64,000 bases of DNA from Deltaproteobacteria bacterium (GTDB lineage Bacteria > SAR324 > NAC60-12): positions 46,469-110,468 of the forward strand of contig JAYOTF010000005.1 of NCBI GenBank assembly GCA_038150265.1, given 5' to 3'. Both the position numbers and the translations under genes were made by a program. The notes under the pieces were generated by a model. The model was not told where the DNA came from and ran no database searches. It saw nothing but the letters and a program-made list of their open reading frames with translations. This document shows, one piece after another, positions 46,182 through 55,545 of this stretch. Position 1 is the first letter of the stretch. The number at the start of each line of letters is the position of its first letter.

Positions 46182-48626
46182 TTATGAGGGAATCGAGGTC
46201 CCGGAGGGGACGTCAAAGTTTTGTTGAGGAATAAGGGAGGTGTCGGGCTCAGCCGCCGCTTCCTCCTTGGGATCCACCACGGGGCTGGGGAAATGCTCCA
46301 GCGCGTGGTGAAGGACTTCATCCAGGGTCTGGACCGGAATGATCTCCAGCGCGTCCTTGATCTCGTTGGGGATTTCCTGAAGGTCCTTCCGGTTCTTTTC
46401 AGGAATGAGCACCTTCTGACTCAGGCCACGCTTGGCGGCCAGGAGCTTTTCCTTGAGGCCACCGATTGGGAGGACCTTGCCCCGGAGGGTGACTTCTCCG
46501 GTCATGGCCACTTCTCGGCAAACCGGAATGCCGGTGAAGGCGCTGACGAGCGAGGTGCTGATGGTGACGCCTGCAGAGGGGCCGTCCTTGGGAACCGCCC
46601 CTTCGGGAACGTGGACGTGGATGTCGCACTCCTTGAACGCAGACGAGTAAATGCCAAGACGGTTGCCGTTGGTCCGGACGTAAGTCAGGGCCGCCTGCGC
46701 AGACTCCTTCATCACGTCTCCGAGCTTTCCGGTCAACTGGAGCTTGCCCACGCCTTTCATGAGGCTGACCTCGGTGATGAGCATTTCGCCTCCGGCCTGC
46801 GTCCAGGCGAGTCCGGCGGTGGTGCCCACCTCGTTCTTCTCTTCTGCCCGATGGTGCTTGTACTTGGGCACCCCCAGCAGGTCGTTGACCCGCTTCGGTG
46901 TGACCACGTACTTCTTCTTTTCCTTGGACCGGACGAGCTGGGTGGCCACCTTGCGGCAAGCCTTGGCGATCTCGCGCTCCAGGTTCCGGACGCCTGCTTC
47001 GCGCGTGTAGCGCTGAATGATTTCGGTGAGGGCGGCAGACTGAAACTGGATCTGCTTGCCGGTCAGGCCGTTTTCTTCCATCTGCTTGGGAAGCAGGTGC
47101 TGCTGGGCAATGTGTTCCTTTTCCAGCTCGGTGTAGCCCGAAAGCTGGATGACTTCCATCCGGTCCTTCAGGGCGCGGGGAATGTTTTGCGCGACGTTGG
47201 CGGTGCAGAAGAAGAGGACGTCTGACAGGTCGAACTCCACCTCCAGGTAGTGATCCATGAAGGTGCTGTTCTGTTCCGGATCCAGGACCTCCAGCAGGGC
47301 GGCCGCAGGATCGCCCATCACCCCGCGGGTCATCTTGTCGATCTCGTCAAGCAGCAGCAGCGGGTTCCGGCTCTTGCTCTTGCGCAACGACTGCACGATT
47401 TTTCCCGGAAGGGCCCCGACGTAAGTCCGGCGGTGTCCGCGGATTTCGGCTTCGTCCCGGACGCCTCCGAGGCTGATGCGGGAGAACTTGCGGCCCAGGG
47501 CTTCAGCGACGGAGCGGGCCAGGGACGTCTTCCCGACCCCAGGCGGGCCGACGAGGCAGATGATGGGGCCCTTCATCTTGCCGACCTGCTTGGCGACAGC
47601 AAGGTACTCGATGATGCGCTCCTTGATCTTTTCCAGGCCGTAGTGCCGGTCGTTGAGCACCTGCTCGGCGTGGTTGAGGTCGAAGCAATCCTCGGTACGC
47701 TCCTCCCAGGGCATGGACACCAGCCAGTCCAGGTAGTTCCGGACCACGTTGGCTTCTGCCGACATGGGGGGCATCATCCGGAGCTTCTTCAGCTCCTTCT
47801 CTGCGGTCTCCTTGGCTTCCTTGCTGAGGGGGACGTCTTCAATCTTCTGGGTGTACTCCTCAATCTCCGCCTTCCCGTCGTCTCCCTGTCCGAGTTCCTT
47901 CTGGATGGCCTTGATCTGTTCATTGAGGTAGTACTCCTTCTGCGTTCGTCCAATCTGTCCCTGAACGCGTTCCTTGAGCTTGCGCTCCACCTTCTTGAAC
48001 TCGCTTTCCTCCAGCATGCGTTCAAAGACGATCTGGAGCCGCTCTGCCGGGTCGGCATTTTCCAGCAGGGCCTGCTTCTTGTCGAGGTTCATGTTCAGGA
48101 GCGGGGCAATGCGGTCGGCGAGCCGGTGCGGGGGCTCGGCATCAATCCCCAGCTTCTCCACGCCTTCGGTGTGCCGCTTGACCTCCTTGAGGTAGCGCTT
48201 GAACTCGCTCCGGACGTTCTTGCTCAGGGCAATGATCGCTGGCGTTTGCACCGGCGCCTCGTGGATGGGCTCCACCGTGGCGGCGTAGTGCGGCCCATCG
48301 AGGCGGACATCCAGGAGCTTTCCACGCATCTGAGCCTCAAACAGGGCCTTGATGGTGCCGTTATGGAGCCGCATGATCTGCAGCACCTTGCCGATGGTTC
48401 CCACCTTGAACAGGTTTTCCGGCTGGGGGTCTTCCACCAGCGGATCTTCCTGGGCGACCACGAAGATCTGACGGTCTCCGTTGAGGGCTTTTTCCAGCGC
48501 GGCAATGGACAGGGGGCGCCCAATGAAGAACGGGGCCGTCATGTGCGGAAACACCACAATGTCCCGCATGGGCAGCATGGGCAAAAACAGCTGAGGGGGC
48601 AGTGAGGAGTTAGGATCAGAGGTCAT
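46182..48626 (-). CDS. lon: ATP-dependent protease Lon
   Basis: N-domain [18 protein letters not shown]+ GPPGVGKTS. Protease domain with PKDGPSAG active-site serine motif. Confidence 0.95.
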   Translation of the reverse strand: MTSDPNSSLPPQLFLPMLPMRDIVVFPHMTAPFFIGRPLSIAALEKALNGDRQIFVVAQEDPLVEDPQPENLFKVGTIGKVLQIMRLHNGTIKALFEAQMRGKLLDVRLDGPHYAATVEPIHEAPVQTPAIIALSKNVRSEFKRYLKEVKRHTEGVEKLGIDAEPPHRLADRIAPLLNMNLDKKQALLENADPAERLQIVFERMLEESEFKKVERKLKERVQGQIGRTQKEYYLNEQIKAIQKELGQGDDGKAEIEEYTQKIEDVPLSKEAKETAEKELKKLRMMPPMSAEANVVRNYLDWLVSMPWEERTEDCFDLNHAEQVLNDRHYGLEKIKERIIEYLAVAKQVGKMKGPIICLVGPPGVGKTSLARSVAEALGRKFSRISLGGVRDEAEIRGHRRTYVGALPGKIVQSLRKSKSRNPLLLLDEIDKMTRGVMGDPAAALLEVLDPEQNSTFMDHYLEVEFDLSDVLFFCTANVAQNIPRALKDRMEVIQLSGYTELEKEHIAQQHLLPKQMEENGLTGKQIQFQSAALTEIIQRYTREAGVRNLEREIAKACRKVATQLVRSKEKKKYVVTPKRVNDLLGVPKYKHHRAEEKNEVGTTAGLAWTQAGGEMLITEVSLMKGVGKLQLTGKLGDVMKESAQAALTYVRTNGNRLGIYSSAFKECDIHVHVPEGAVPKDGPSAGVTISTSLVSAFTGIPVCREVAMTGEVTLRGKVLPIGGLKEKLLAAKRGLSQKVLIPEKNRKDLQEIPNEIKDALEIIPVQTLDEVLHHALEHFPSPVVDPKEEAAAEPDTSLIPQQNFDVPSGTSIPS

Positions 48627-48746
48627 CCGAGTCTCCGTAAATCTTGGGGTCGCAAGGAGTGATGTGTTTGGAACGGATCGCTGGCAGAAATGTTATTCAA
48701 ACGAAAAGAGTAACGTTCCGGTTAGGAAAGAGCAAGGCTCGGGCAA

Positions 48747-49061
48747 TCAAGGCACCTGCGGGGTGGCCAGAACCTCCACACAGGTTTGCCCTCCGGAGGA
48801 GCTGCGGCCAATTTCCTTGAAGCGGGGGAGGTACCGCTCATTGCCGACGACACTCCGCAGGTGGAAGGCGGCCGTGTTTTCGGCCGCTCGCCGTGCTTCC
48901 TGAGGATCCAGCGCACAGGCGCGTCCCCGGACGGTGGCATCAAGGCCTCCCTTGTCGGCAACTTCGTAGCGGGGGTCGAAGGTGCTGCGGAACAAATCAC
49001 TGGAGTTGCTGCTGCAGGCTCCGAGCAAGCCGACGCTGAGGAAGATCACAATCAATCGCAT
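48747..49061 (-). CDS. Hypothetical lipoprotein
   Basis: Lipobox MRLIVIFLSVGLLGAC. Confidence 0.45.
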   Translation of the reverse strand: MRLIVIFLSVGLLGACSSNSSDLFRSTFDPRYEVADKGGLDATVRGRACALDPQEARRAAENTAAFHLRSVVGNERYLPRFKEIGRSSSGGQTCVEVLATPQVP

Positions 49062-49177
49062 GGTTTTGCCATTCCGCCGAGGGTAAGTTAACGTAACACG
49101 TCTGGAGCATCCTGGCGGATGCCCCCTTCAGGACTTCCACAAATGTTCAACAACCCTGCCACCACGAGAGACGTCGC

Positions 49178-50458
49178 ATGCAGATGAAGCACTCTTCTGA
49201 ACTTTTCCTCCGCGCCCAGCAACGCATTCCCGGCGGAGTCAACAGCCCGGTCCGCGCCTTCCGAGCGGTCGGCGGGAAGCCTCTGTTCATTCAGCGGGCC
49301 TCGGGGTCCAAGCTGTTTGATGTGGACGGGAACGAGTACATCGACTACATCGGTTCGTGGGGGCCCATGCTCCTGGGGCATTGCAACCCCGAGGTCACTC
49401 AGGCGGTGCAGGACGCGCTTCAGTTCGGAACCTCCTTTGGCGCGCCCACGCCCGGAGAGATCACCATTGCCGAGCAGATCTGTGACGCCGTTCCCAGCGT
49501 GGAAATGGTCCGGCTGGTGAACTCCGGAACCGAGGCCACCATGGGAGCCCTGCGGGTGGCCCGAGGGTACACGGGGCGCGACAAGGTCCTGAAGTTTGAG
49601 GGCTGCTACCATGGCAGCGTCGATTCGTTGCTGGTCAAGGCCGGCTCCGGCGCCATGACCCTGGGGCTCCCGGATTCTCCAGGGGTGCCCAGCTCGTACA
49701 CGGAGCACACCCTGCTGGCCGAGTTCAACAACCTCGAGTCTGTGGCCGATGCGGTGGACGCCCATCCGGGAGAAGTGGCGGCCATCATCCTGGAGCCGGT
49801 TCCGGGGAATATGGGGATGCTGCAGCCGGAACACGGCTTCCTCCAGGGCCTGCGGGAACTCTGTGACCGGGAAGGCATCGTGCTGATCTTTGATGAGGTC
49901 ATGAGTGGCTTCCGGGTCGACTTTGGTGGGGCTCAAGCGCTTTTGGGAATCATGCCCGACCTGACCACCTTTGGGAAGGTGATTGGAGGAGGGCTTCCAG
50001 TGGGCGCGTATGGAGGACGTCAGGACATCATGGCGGTTGTGGCGCCGTCGGGTCCGGTGTACCAGGCCGGCACGCTCTCTGGGAATCCCCTTGCGGTGGC
50101 AGCGGGGAGCGCCATGTTGCGGCAACTCAAGGAGCTCAATCCGTATTCGGATCTTGCCCGCAAGACCAACTGGCTCCTCAGTGAGCTTCAGGACGCGTGT
50201 CAGAAGGTGGGAGTGCCGGTGCAAACCTGTGCCATGGGGGGCATGTTTGGGTTCTTCTTCTCCGAAAAACCGGTCCGGAACTACCAGGATGCGCTGCAGA
50301 CCGATACTCAACGCTTCTCCACCTTCTTCCGGAAGATGCTGGAGCAGGGCGTTTACCTGGCACCCTCTGCGTTTGAGTCGCTCTTCCTGTCAACCACCCA
50401 CAGCGAGGAGGATCTGGAAAAAACGGCTGCCGCGTTCCGGGTGGCGTTGCAGGCTTAA
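49178..50458 (+). CDS. hemL: Glutamate-1-semialdehyde 2,1-aminomutase
   Basis: RIPGGVNSPVRAF N-terminal motif. PLP-lysine region. 426 aa. Confidence 0.95.
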   Translation: MQMKHSSELFLRAQQRIPGGVNSPVRAFRAVGGKPLFIQRASGSKLFDVDGNEYIDYIGSWGPMLLGHCNPEVTQAVQDALQFGTSFGAPTPGEITIAEQICDAVPSVEMVRLVNSGTEATMGALRVARGYTGRDKVLKFEGCYHGSVDSLLVKAGSGAMTLGLPDSPGVPSSYTEHTLLAEFNNLESVADAVDAHPGEVAAIILEPVPGNMGMLQPEHGFLQGLRELCDREGIVLIFDEVMSGFRVDFGGAQALLGIMPDLTTFGKVIGGGLPVGAYGGRQDIMAVVAPSGPVYQAGTLSGNPLAVAAGSAMLRQLKELNPYSDLARKTNWLLSELQDACQKVGVPVQTCAMGGMFGFFFSEKPVRNYQDALQTDTQRFSTFFRKMLEQGVYLAPSAFESLFLSTTHSEEDLEKTAAAFRVALQA

Positions 50459-50754
50459 CGCTTGCGCTCATCGGGGTGAGTGATTTCGGTAATCCTCACG
50501 CCAAAGTGATCATTCACGACCACGACCTCGCCCCGGGCAATGAGACGGTCGCCGGCCAGGACCTCAACGGGCTCCCCTGCGACCTTTTCCAAATCCACCA
50601 GGCTTCCGGTTTTCCAGGACATGACTTCCCGGAGCGGGACCTGGGCACGTCCAATTTCAACCTCAAGGGTCTGGGGCACGTCCATCACAAAACGGAGGCG
50701 CTCCACCAGGTTTTCGGCATCCGAATCGGTTTTTTGTGGGACTAAATCATTCAT
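50455..50754 (-). CDS. FliN-family (SpoA domain) flagellar switch / type III secretion C-ring-like protein, solitary
   Basis: VPQTLEVEIGRAQVPLREVMSWKTGSLVDLEKVAGEPVEVLAGDRLIARGEVVVVNDHFGVRITEI matches the FliN C-terminal domain. Confidence 0.7.
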   Translation of the reverse strand: MNDLVPQKTDSDAENLVERLRFVMDVPQTLEVEIGRAQVPLREVMSWKTGSLVDLEKVAGEPVEVLAGDRLIARGEVVVVNDHFGVRITEITHPDERKR

Positions 50755-50792
50755 GGGCGTGTTCCTCTTTCAGAGACCGGTTCGTTTCCCCC

Positions 50793-50821
50793 TTGCAACT
50801 CGGGCTGAAACTGGATTTAAT
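50793..50821 (+). promoter_or_regulatory. Candidate sigma-70 promoter for tatA (TTGCAA-17-TTTAAT)
   Basis: Good -10, 17-nt spacer, about 45 nt upstream of the tatA ATG. Confidence 0.35.
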
Positions 50822-50866
50822 TGCTGCTTTCGAATTCACCGTTGACCCTGTCATTTTTGGAGAATC

Positions 50867-51058
50867 ATGTTTGGTCTTGGACTGCCGGAATTACTTGTCA
50901 TCCTTGGAATTGTCGTCCTGCTTTTTGGGGCAAAGCGTCTCCCGATGATCGGAGATGGCCTCGGTTCCATGATCACCAACTTTAAGAAGGCTCGGGCCAA
51001 GGAGCAAATTGATGGTCCGGCTGAAGAGAAGCCTGCGACGGAGCGCGAAGCAAGTTAA
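50867..51058 (+). CDS. tatA: Twin-arginine translocase subunit TatA/E
   Basis: [28 protein letters not shown] plus amphipathic helix. Confidence 0.85.
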   Translation: MFGLGLPELLVILGIVVLLFGAKRLPMIGDGLGSMITNFKKARAKEQIDGPAEEKPATEREAS

Positions 51059-51064
51059 GTCCGC

Positions 51065-51505
51065 TTAACGCTTGGCTTGGGGCTGAATGACGAGGTTGAG
51101 GCTCACGCCCAGCTCCTTCAGCCTCGCAATGACGGGGACCAGCGCCCCGTACCGCGCGTTTTCGTCGGCTTCCAGGTCGACCTGCCACGGCTCCTTCTCC
51201 TTCTCGGTCCACGTCCGGACCCGCTCCTGGAAGATCCGCTGACTCTCCTCGTCGCTGCTGAGTCCAATCCTCGCATCGTCCACATACAGCACCCCCTCCT
51301 TGTCCACGACCACCCGCAGAGGCTCCTCCATGGGTTTGATCTTGTCCTGACTGAACTGGTCCTGAGGCAGGTCCACCTGAATGGCGTGATTGATGATCGG
51401 GGCGGTCACCATGAAAATGACCAGCAGCACCAGCAGCACGTCCACAAAGGGCGTGACGTTGATTTCACTGAGAGACTCGTTCTCTTGAAACGGTGAGCTG
51501 CTCAT
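51065..51505 (-). CDS. ExbD/TolR biopolymer transport protein
   Basis: SEINVTPFVDVLLVLLVIFMV TM region. Start assumed at MSSSPFQ, overlapping the upstream gene by about 41 nt. Confidence 0.8.
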   Translation of the reverse strand: MSSSPFQENESLSEINVTPFVDVLLVLLVIFMVTAPIINHAIQVDLPQDQFSQDKIKPMEEPLRVVVDKEGVLYVDDARIGLSSDEESQRIFQERVRTWTEKEKEPWQVDLEADENARYGALVPVIARLKELGVSLNLVIQPQAKR

Positions 51506-52193
51506 GAAGGATCCACTCCAGGCGGTTGGAAAGCTCCGAGCCAAAGTCTCGCATGGCGTTGCCCTGGAGGCGGACTCGGTTGCGGTAATGATTGTATCCC
51601 ATCAGGGCCGGAATCGCGGCCAGCAGTCCCGCTGCGGTGGCAATCAGGGCTTCGGAAATTCCGGGAGCGACGGCTGCCAGGCTGGTGACGCCTGAGACAC
51701 CGATGCTCTGGAAGGAGTCGATGATGCCCAAGACGGTGCCAAAGAGGCCAATGAAGGGGGAGGCGCTGGAGATGGTGGCCAGCAGGTTCAGTTGCTGCTC
51801 CAGTGTGGAGAGCTGCTCCAGGATGCCTCGGTCCGTGAGACGCTGCAGGCGGACCGTGATGTGAGGAAGCATCGTGGGGCCAATGCCCTTGTCCCGCGCC
51901 CGACGCGAGGACTCAACCGCTTCCTGGTAGGTGCTTTCAAAGATGGAACGGAAGGGAGACTCCGGAAGCTCCTTGACCTGGTGGATGATCTCTTTCATCC
52001 GGATGTCTTCCTCAAACGCCTCCCAGAACAGCAGGTTCCCCTGCTGAACCTTCTTCAGCTGACGAGACTTGCGGATGATGATGGCCCAGGAAAGGCAGGA
52101 GAGGAGCAGCAGGAGCAGCAGAATGAGCTGCCCCATGATGCTGCCACCCAGCACCATCCCCACAAGACCGTGATCTTCAATTAACTCAGGCAT
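51465..52193 (-). CDS. MotA/TolQ/ExbB proton-channel protein
   Basis: Three TM segments. 242 aa. Confidence 0.85.
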   Translation of the reverse strand: MPELIEDHGLVGMVLGGSIMGQLILLLLLLLSCLSWAIIIRKSRQLKKVQQGNLLFWEAFEEDIRMKEIIHQVKELPESPFRSIFESTYQEAVESSRRARDKGIGPTMLPHITVRLQRLTDRGILEQLSTLEQQLNLLATISSASPFIGLFGTVLGIIDSFQSIGVSGVTSLAAVAPGISEALIATAAGLLAAIPALMGYNHYRNRVRLQGNAMRDFGSELSNRLEWILHEQLTVSRERVSQ

Positions 52194-52228
52194 TGTGTGT
52201 CGGGAGGTGCTGAGGCGTCAGGGAAGGA

Positions 52229-53017
52229 TTAGAGGCGAGTGAACTCAACTCGGCGGTTCTGGGACCAGGCCGACTCATTGCTTCCGGAAGCGACCGGACG
52301 CTCTTCGCCGAAGCTGATCATGGTCAGCTGCTGAGGGGTGGCCCCCAGGCGCACCAGGTAGTCGTAAACGGTACGGGCGCGGCGCTCTCCCAACGCGAGG
52401 TTGTATTCATTGGTGCCTCGCTCGTCACAGTGGCCTTCCAGCTGAATCCGCACTCCCGGATTTTCCTGCATCCACGCGAAGTTTCGGCGAATGGTGGCCT
52501 CAAACTCCGGTCGCAGCTCGCTCTTGTCGTAGTCGAAGTACACAATTTCCAAGTCTGCCATGGCCATGGAGGGCTCTTCCACAGGAGCAGCGAGGATCAC
52601 CGCCGGCTCACGAGGAGGAAGAACTTCTGCCGGGGCATCATCGACACGAGCCATCAACTGCTCGGCCTCTTCCTGAGCTTCTGCCGTCGGAGCTGTTTCA
52701 ATCAGGTTCTGGACGGTCTCTTTGACCGCAGTTTGTGTCTGCTCGACCGATCGGGTCGGAGGCTCAGGCTGCGGTGCCGGTTGGGGCTCAGGCTTCGGAG
52801 CAGGTGCTGGTTTCGGAGCAGGTGCTGGTTTCGGAGCAGGTGCCTTGACCGCTTCCTCTACTTGCGCAACAACTTTTTCTGCCTCGGTTTTGGCTTCTGC
52901 TGCGACTTCTTCTGTTTGCTCAGGTTCGGGAGCAACTTCAGCAGACTTCTTGGCACAGCCGGTGACGACCAGGCTGATTGCCATGAGAAGGTAAATCAAA
53001 ATAAGCGATTTTCGCAT
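52229..53017 (-). CDS. OmpA-family peptidoglycan-associated lipoprotein (Pal-like) with APKPAP linker
   Basis: Lipobox MRKSLILIYLLMAISLVVTGC. C-terminal OmpA domain (NEYNLALGERRARTVYDYL, RRVEFTRL). Confidence 0.8.
   Translation of the reverse strand: MRKSLILIYLLMAISLVVTGCAKKSAEVAPEPEQTEEVAAEAKTEAEKVVAQVEEAVKAPAPKPAPAPKPAPAPKPEPQPAPQPEPPTRSVEQTQTAVKETVQNLIETAPTAEAQEEAEQLMARVDDAPAEVLPPREPAVILAAPVEEPSMAMADLEIVYFDYDKSELRPEFEATIRRNFAWMQENPGVRIQLEGHCDERGTNEYNLALGERRARTVYDYLVRLGATPQQLTMISFGEERPVASGSNESAWSQNRRVEFTRL
52787..52843. repeat. 18-bp tandem repeat (about 3 copies) encoding the APAPKP linker of the Pal-like protein
   Basis: aggtgctggtttcggagc repeated head-to-tail on the plus strand. Confidence 0.6.
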
Positions 53018-53179
53018 GATTTTTGAGTCGAGTGAGCGGTTGAGGAAATTTGGGGAAGCCTGGACCGAAGACCTGGGAGACACTTTCGGATTTGGCCAAA
53101 GCATCCTTTTTACCGGTTTAACCACCGATTGTCAATGCAAACTCCTTTTTCCGGTAAAGTGTTTTTGCGTTGAGTCCCC

Positions 53180-53210
53180 CAGACACTCATTGTACAAAAT
53201 TTTTGTACAA
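53180..53210 (+). promoter_or_regulatory. Promoter with perfect 21-bp operator palindrome TTGTACAAAA-T-TTTTGTACAA upstream of the acyl-CoA dehydrogenase gene
   Basis: Palindrome at 53190-53210. Its 3' half contains TACAAT (-10) about 28 nt before the ATG. Confidence 0.5.
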
Positions 53211-53237
53211 TTTTGCCACCTTAGCGAAGGATTTCTC

Positions 53238-54437
53238 ATGCCTGATTTTTCGGTCGATCCCTCCACCGCCGCCTTTGTCCACCGGCTCCGTGAGTTTGTG
53301 GACACGCACTTGATTCCGTTGGAGGACCAGCCGGATGCGTATGATGAAGGCGAGAATTTAGCTGAACCTCACCTGTCCCGCCTCCGGAGCCTGGCCCGGG
53401 AATCAGGGCTTTGGGCCCTGCAGATGCCCACGGCTCGGGGCGGGCAAGGCTTTTCGGTTTCTGCGATGGCGGTGTGTTATGAGGCAATGAACCGCAGCCT
53501 CTTCGGACCCGTGGTGTTCAACTGTGCGGCTCCGGATGACGGAAACATGATCCTGCTGGAACGCGTGGGGACCGAAGCTCAAAAGGAGCGCTGGCTCCAG
53601 CCGATTATTGACGGGAAGGTGCGGTCTGCCTTTGCCATGACGGAACCGGCCCCCGGAGCCGGCTCCGATCCTGCGGGGGCGATGAAGACCACGGCCACCC
53701 GTGAAGGAGACGAATGGGTCATTCAGGGACGGAAGTGGTACATCACCGGGGCCGGAGTGGCCCAGCACTTCATTCTCATTGCCCGGACTTCAGATCATCC
53801 GCGCAAGGGCCTGACGGCGTTTCTGTTTGATCGGGACGATCCCGGATGGGAGATCGTGCGGCGGATTCCGATACTGGGGCCCGAGGAGCATGGCGGACAC
53901 TGTGAGCTTCAGTTTGACGGCCTCCGGATTCCAGATGCCAACCGACTGATGGAGGTGGGGGATGGGCTCAAGGCCACCCAGATCCGCTTGGGCACCGCCC
54001 GTCTGACTCACTGCATGCGCTGGTTGGGGCTGGCGAAACGCTCCCTGGAAATTGCCCGGGGGTACATTCAGGAACGGCAGGCCTTTGGGCAGACGCTGGC
54101 AGAACATGAAGGCGTGCAGTGGATGCTGGGAGAAGCCGCCATGCAGATCCAGGTGGGACGCCTGCTCACCCGTCAGGCGGCCTGGAAGCTCGACCAGGGG
54201 GACTTTGCCCGCAAGGAGGTTTCCATGGCCAAGATCGCGGTGGCCGACACCCTCCACCACGCGGTGGACACCGCCATTCAGCTCTGTGGCGCCCGCGGGT
54301 ATTCCAAAGATACGGTGCTGGAGTGGATCTACCGCTACGCACGGCAGGCTCGGCTTGTGGATGGGGCGTCCGAGGTGCACAAGATGGTGCTGGCGCGGAA
54401 CTACCTTCAGGAAGGCGACGACTTCTGGGGGATCTGA
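53238..54437 (+). CDS. Acyl-CoA dehydrogenase
   Basis: ATG at 53238 with AAGGA RBS. ACAD N-, middle and C-terminal domains. 400 aa. Confidence 0.9.
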   Translation: MPDFSVDPSTAAFVHRLREFVDTHLIPLEDQPDAYDEGENLAEPHLSRLRSLARESGLWALQMPTARGGQGFSVSAMAVCYEAMNRSLFGPVVFNCAAPDDGNMILLERVGTEAQKERWLQPIIDGKVRSAFAMTEPAPGAGSDPAGAMKTTATREGDEWVIQGRKWYITGAGVAQHFILIARTSDHPRKGLTAFLFDRDDPGWEIVRRIPILGPEEHGGHCELQFDGLRIPDANRLMEVGDGLKATQIRLGTARLTHCMRWLGLAKRSLEIARGYIQERQAFGQTLAEHEGVQWMLGEAAMQIQVGRLLTRQAAWKLDQGDFARKEVSMAKIAVADTLHHAVDTAIQLCGARGYSKDTVLEWIYRYARQARLVDGASEVHKMVLARNYLQEGDDFWGI

Positions 54438-55426
54438 GGGCCCGGAAACCGACACCGGACCGAGTGATGCTCAGAGCCCTCCAGCGGAGGAAGGGCCGCT
54501 TGGCAGACCGGCTGGGCCCGGGGGCATCGGTCCTGAAACCGGCACCCCAGGGGAAGCTCCAGCAGCGTCGGGACCGTTCCGGGGATGTTGTACAGGCGCT
54601 CCTCCTGCCCAAGGTGGTGCTGAGCAGAGGGGATGGCCTGCATCAGCCCCTGCGTGTAGGGGTGCTGCGGGTCATCAAACAGCGCCTCGACCTCTGCCTC
54701 TTCCACCACATCACCTGCATACATGACGGCCACCCGGTCAGCCATCTCGGCAATCACGCCCAGGTCATGAGTGATCATCAAAATCGCAGTCCCGTACTTT
54801 TGCTGCAGCTCGCGCATCAGGTCCAGGATCTGCGCCTGAATCGTCACATCCAGCGCGGTGGTGGGCTCGTCGGCAATGAGCAGATCCGGCTCGCAGGCGA
54901 GGGCCATGGCGATCATCACCCGCTGTCGCATGCCGCCACTGAGCTCGTGCGGAAACCGGCGGAGCTGATCTGCCGGATTGGGGAGGCCCACTTCCTGAAG
55001 CCAGTGGATGGCCTGCTGCTCGGCTGCCGCAGGACTCAGCTTCTGATGAAGCCGGAGGGGCTCCATCATCTGAGTGCCAATGGACAGCACCGGGTTGAGC
55101 CCCGTCATCGGATCCTGAAAGATCATGGCGATCCGGTTGCCGCGAACCTGGCGGATCCGGCGTGCGCCTGCCTGAAGCAGGTCCTCTCCTTCCAGACGGA
55201 CCTGCCCACCCAGAATGCGTCCGGGCTCTTCGATCAGCTGCATGATCGCCAGAGACGTCACACTCTTGCCACATCCGGACTCCCCCACCAGGCCCAGCAC
55301 CTCGCCGCGATGGAGCGTCAGGTTGAGCCCGTTGATGGCGCGCGCCACGCCTTGCCGGAGGAAGAACGCGACTTCCAGGCCCCGGACTTCCAGGAGGGGA
55401 GAGGGAGAATCAGCAACAGGGGTCAT
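54407..55426 (-). CDS. Oligopeptide/dipeptide-type ABC transporter ATP-binding protein (DppD/OppD-like), orphan
   Basis: GESGCGKS Walker [17 protein letters not shown]-terminal oligopeptide-ABC extension with Cys cluster. Confidence 0.85.
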   Translation of the reverse strand: MTPVADSPSPLLEVRGLEVAFFLRQGVARAINGLNLTLHRGEVLGLVGESGCGKSVTSLAIMQLIEEPGRILGGQVRLEGEDLLQAGARRIRQVRGNRIAMIFQDPMTGLNPVLSIGTQMMEPLRLHQKLSPAAAEQQAIHWLQEVGLPNPADQLRRFPHELSGGMRQRVMIAMALACEPDLLIADEPTTALDVTIQAQILDLMRELQQKYGTAILMITHDLGVIAEMADRVAVMYAGDVVEEAEVEALFDDPQHPYTQGLMQAIPSAQHHLGQEERLYNIPGTVPTLLELPLGCRFQDRCPRAQPVCQAALPPLEGSEHHSVRCRFPGPQIPQKSSPS

Positions 55427-55545
55427 AGGTACTTTTCACAGATTCGGGGGAAGTCCCGCTTATCGCACCAATCGTAAAAGCGACCGCTCCCGCTGCATCC
55501 GGACAGGAACAGCAGCAGCAGGCTCAGGCCGATCCAGCGCCTCAT
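55426..55545 (-). CDS. Possible small lipoprotein (39 aa) translationally coupled to the upstream GT28 gene
   Basis: ATG overlaps upstream stop (ATGA). GGAG RBS. MRRWIGLSLLLLFLSGCSGSGRFYDWCDKRDFPRICEKY has a lipobox. Confidence 0.3.

Noticed and set aside
52787-52843. Tandem repeats as a possible CRISPR-like or VNTR element
   Set aside because: In-frame 18-bp coding repeats producing an APAPKP linker inside the Pal-like gene. No spacers or leader.
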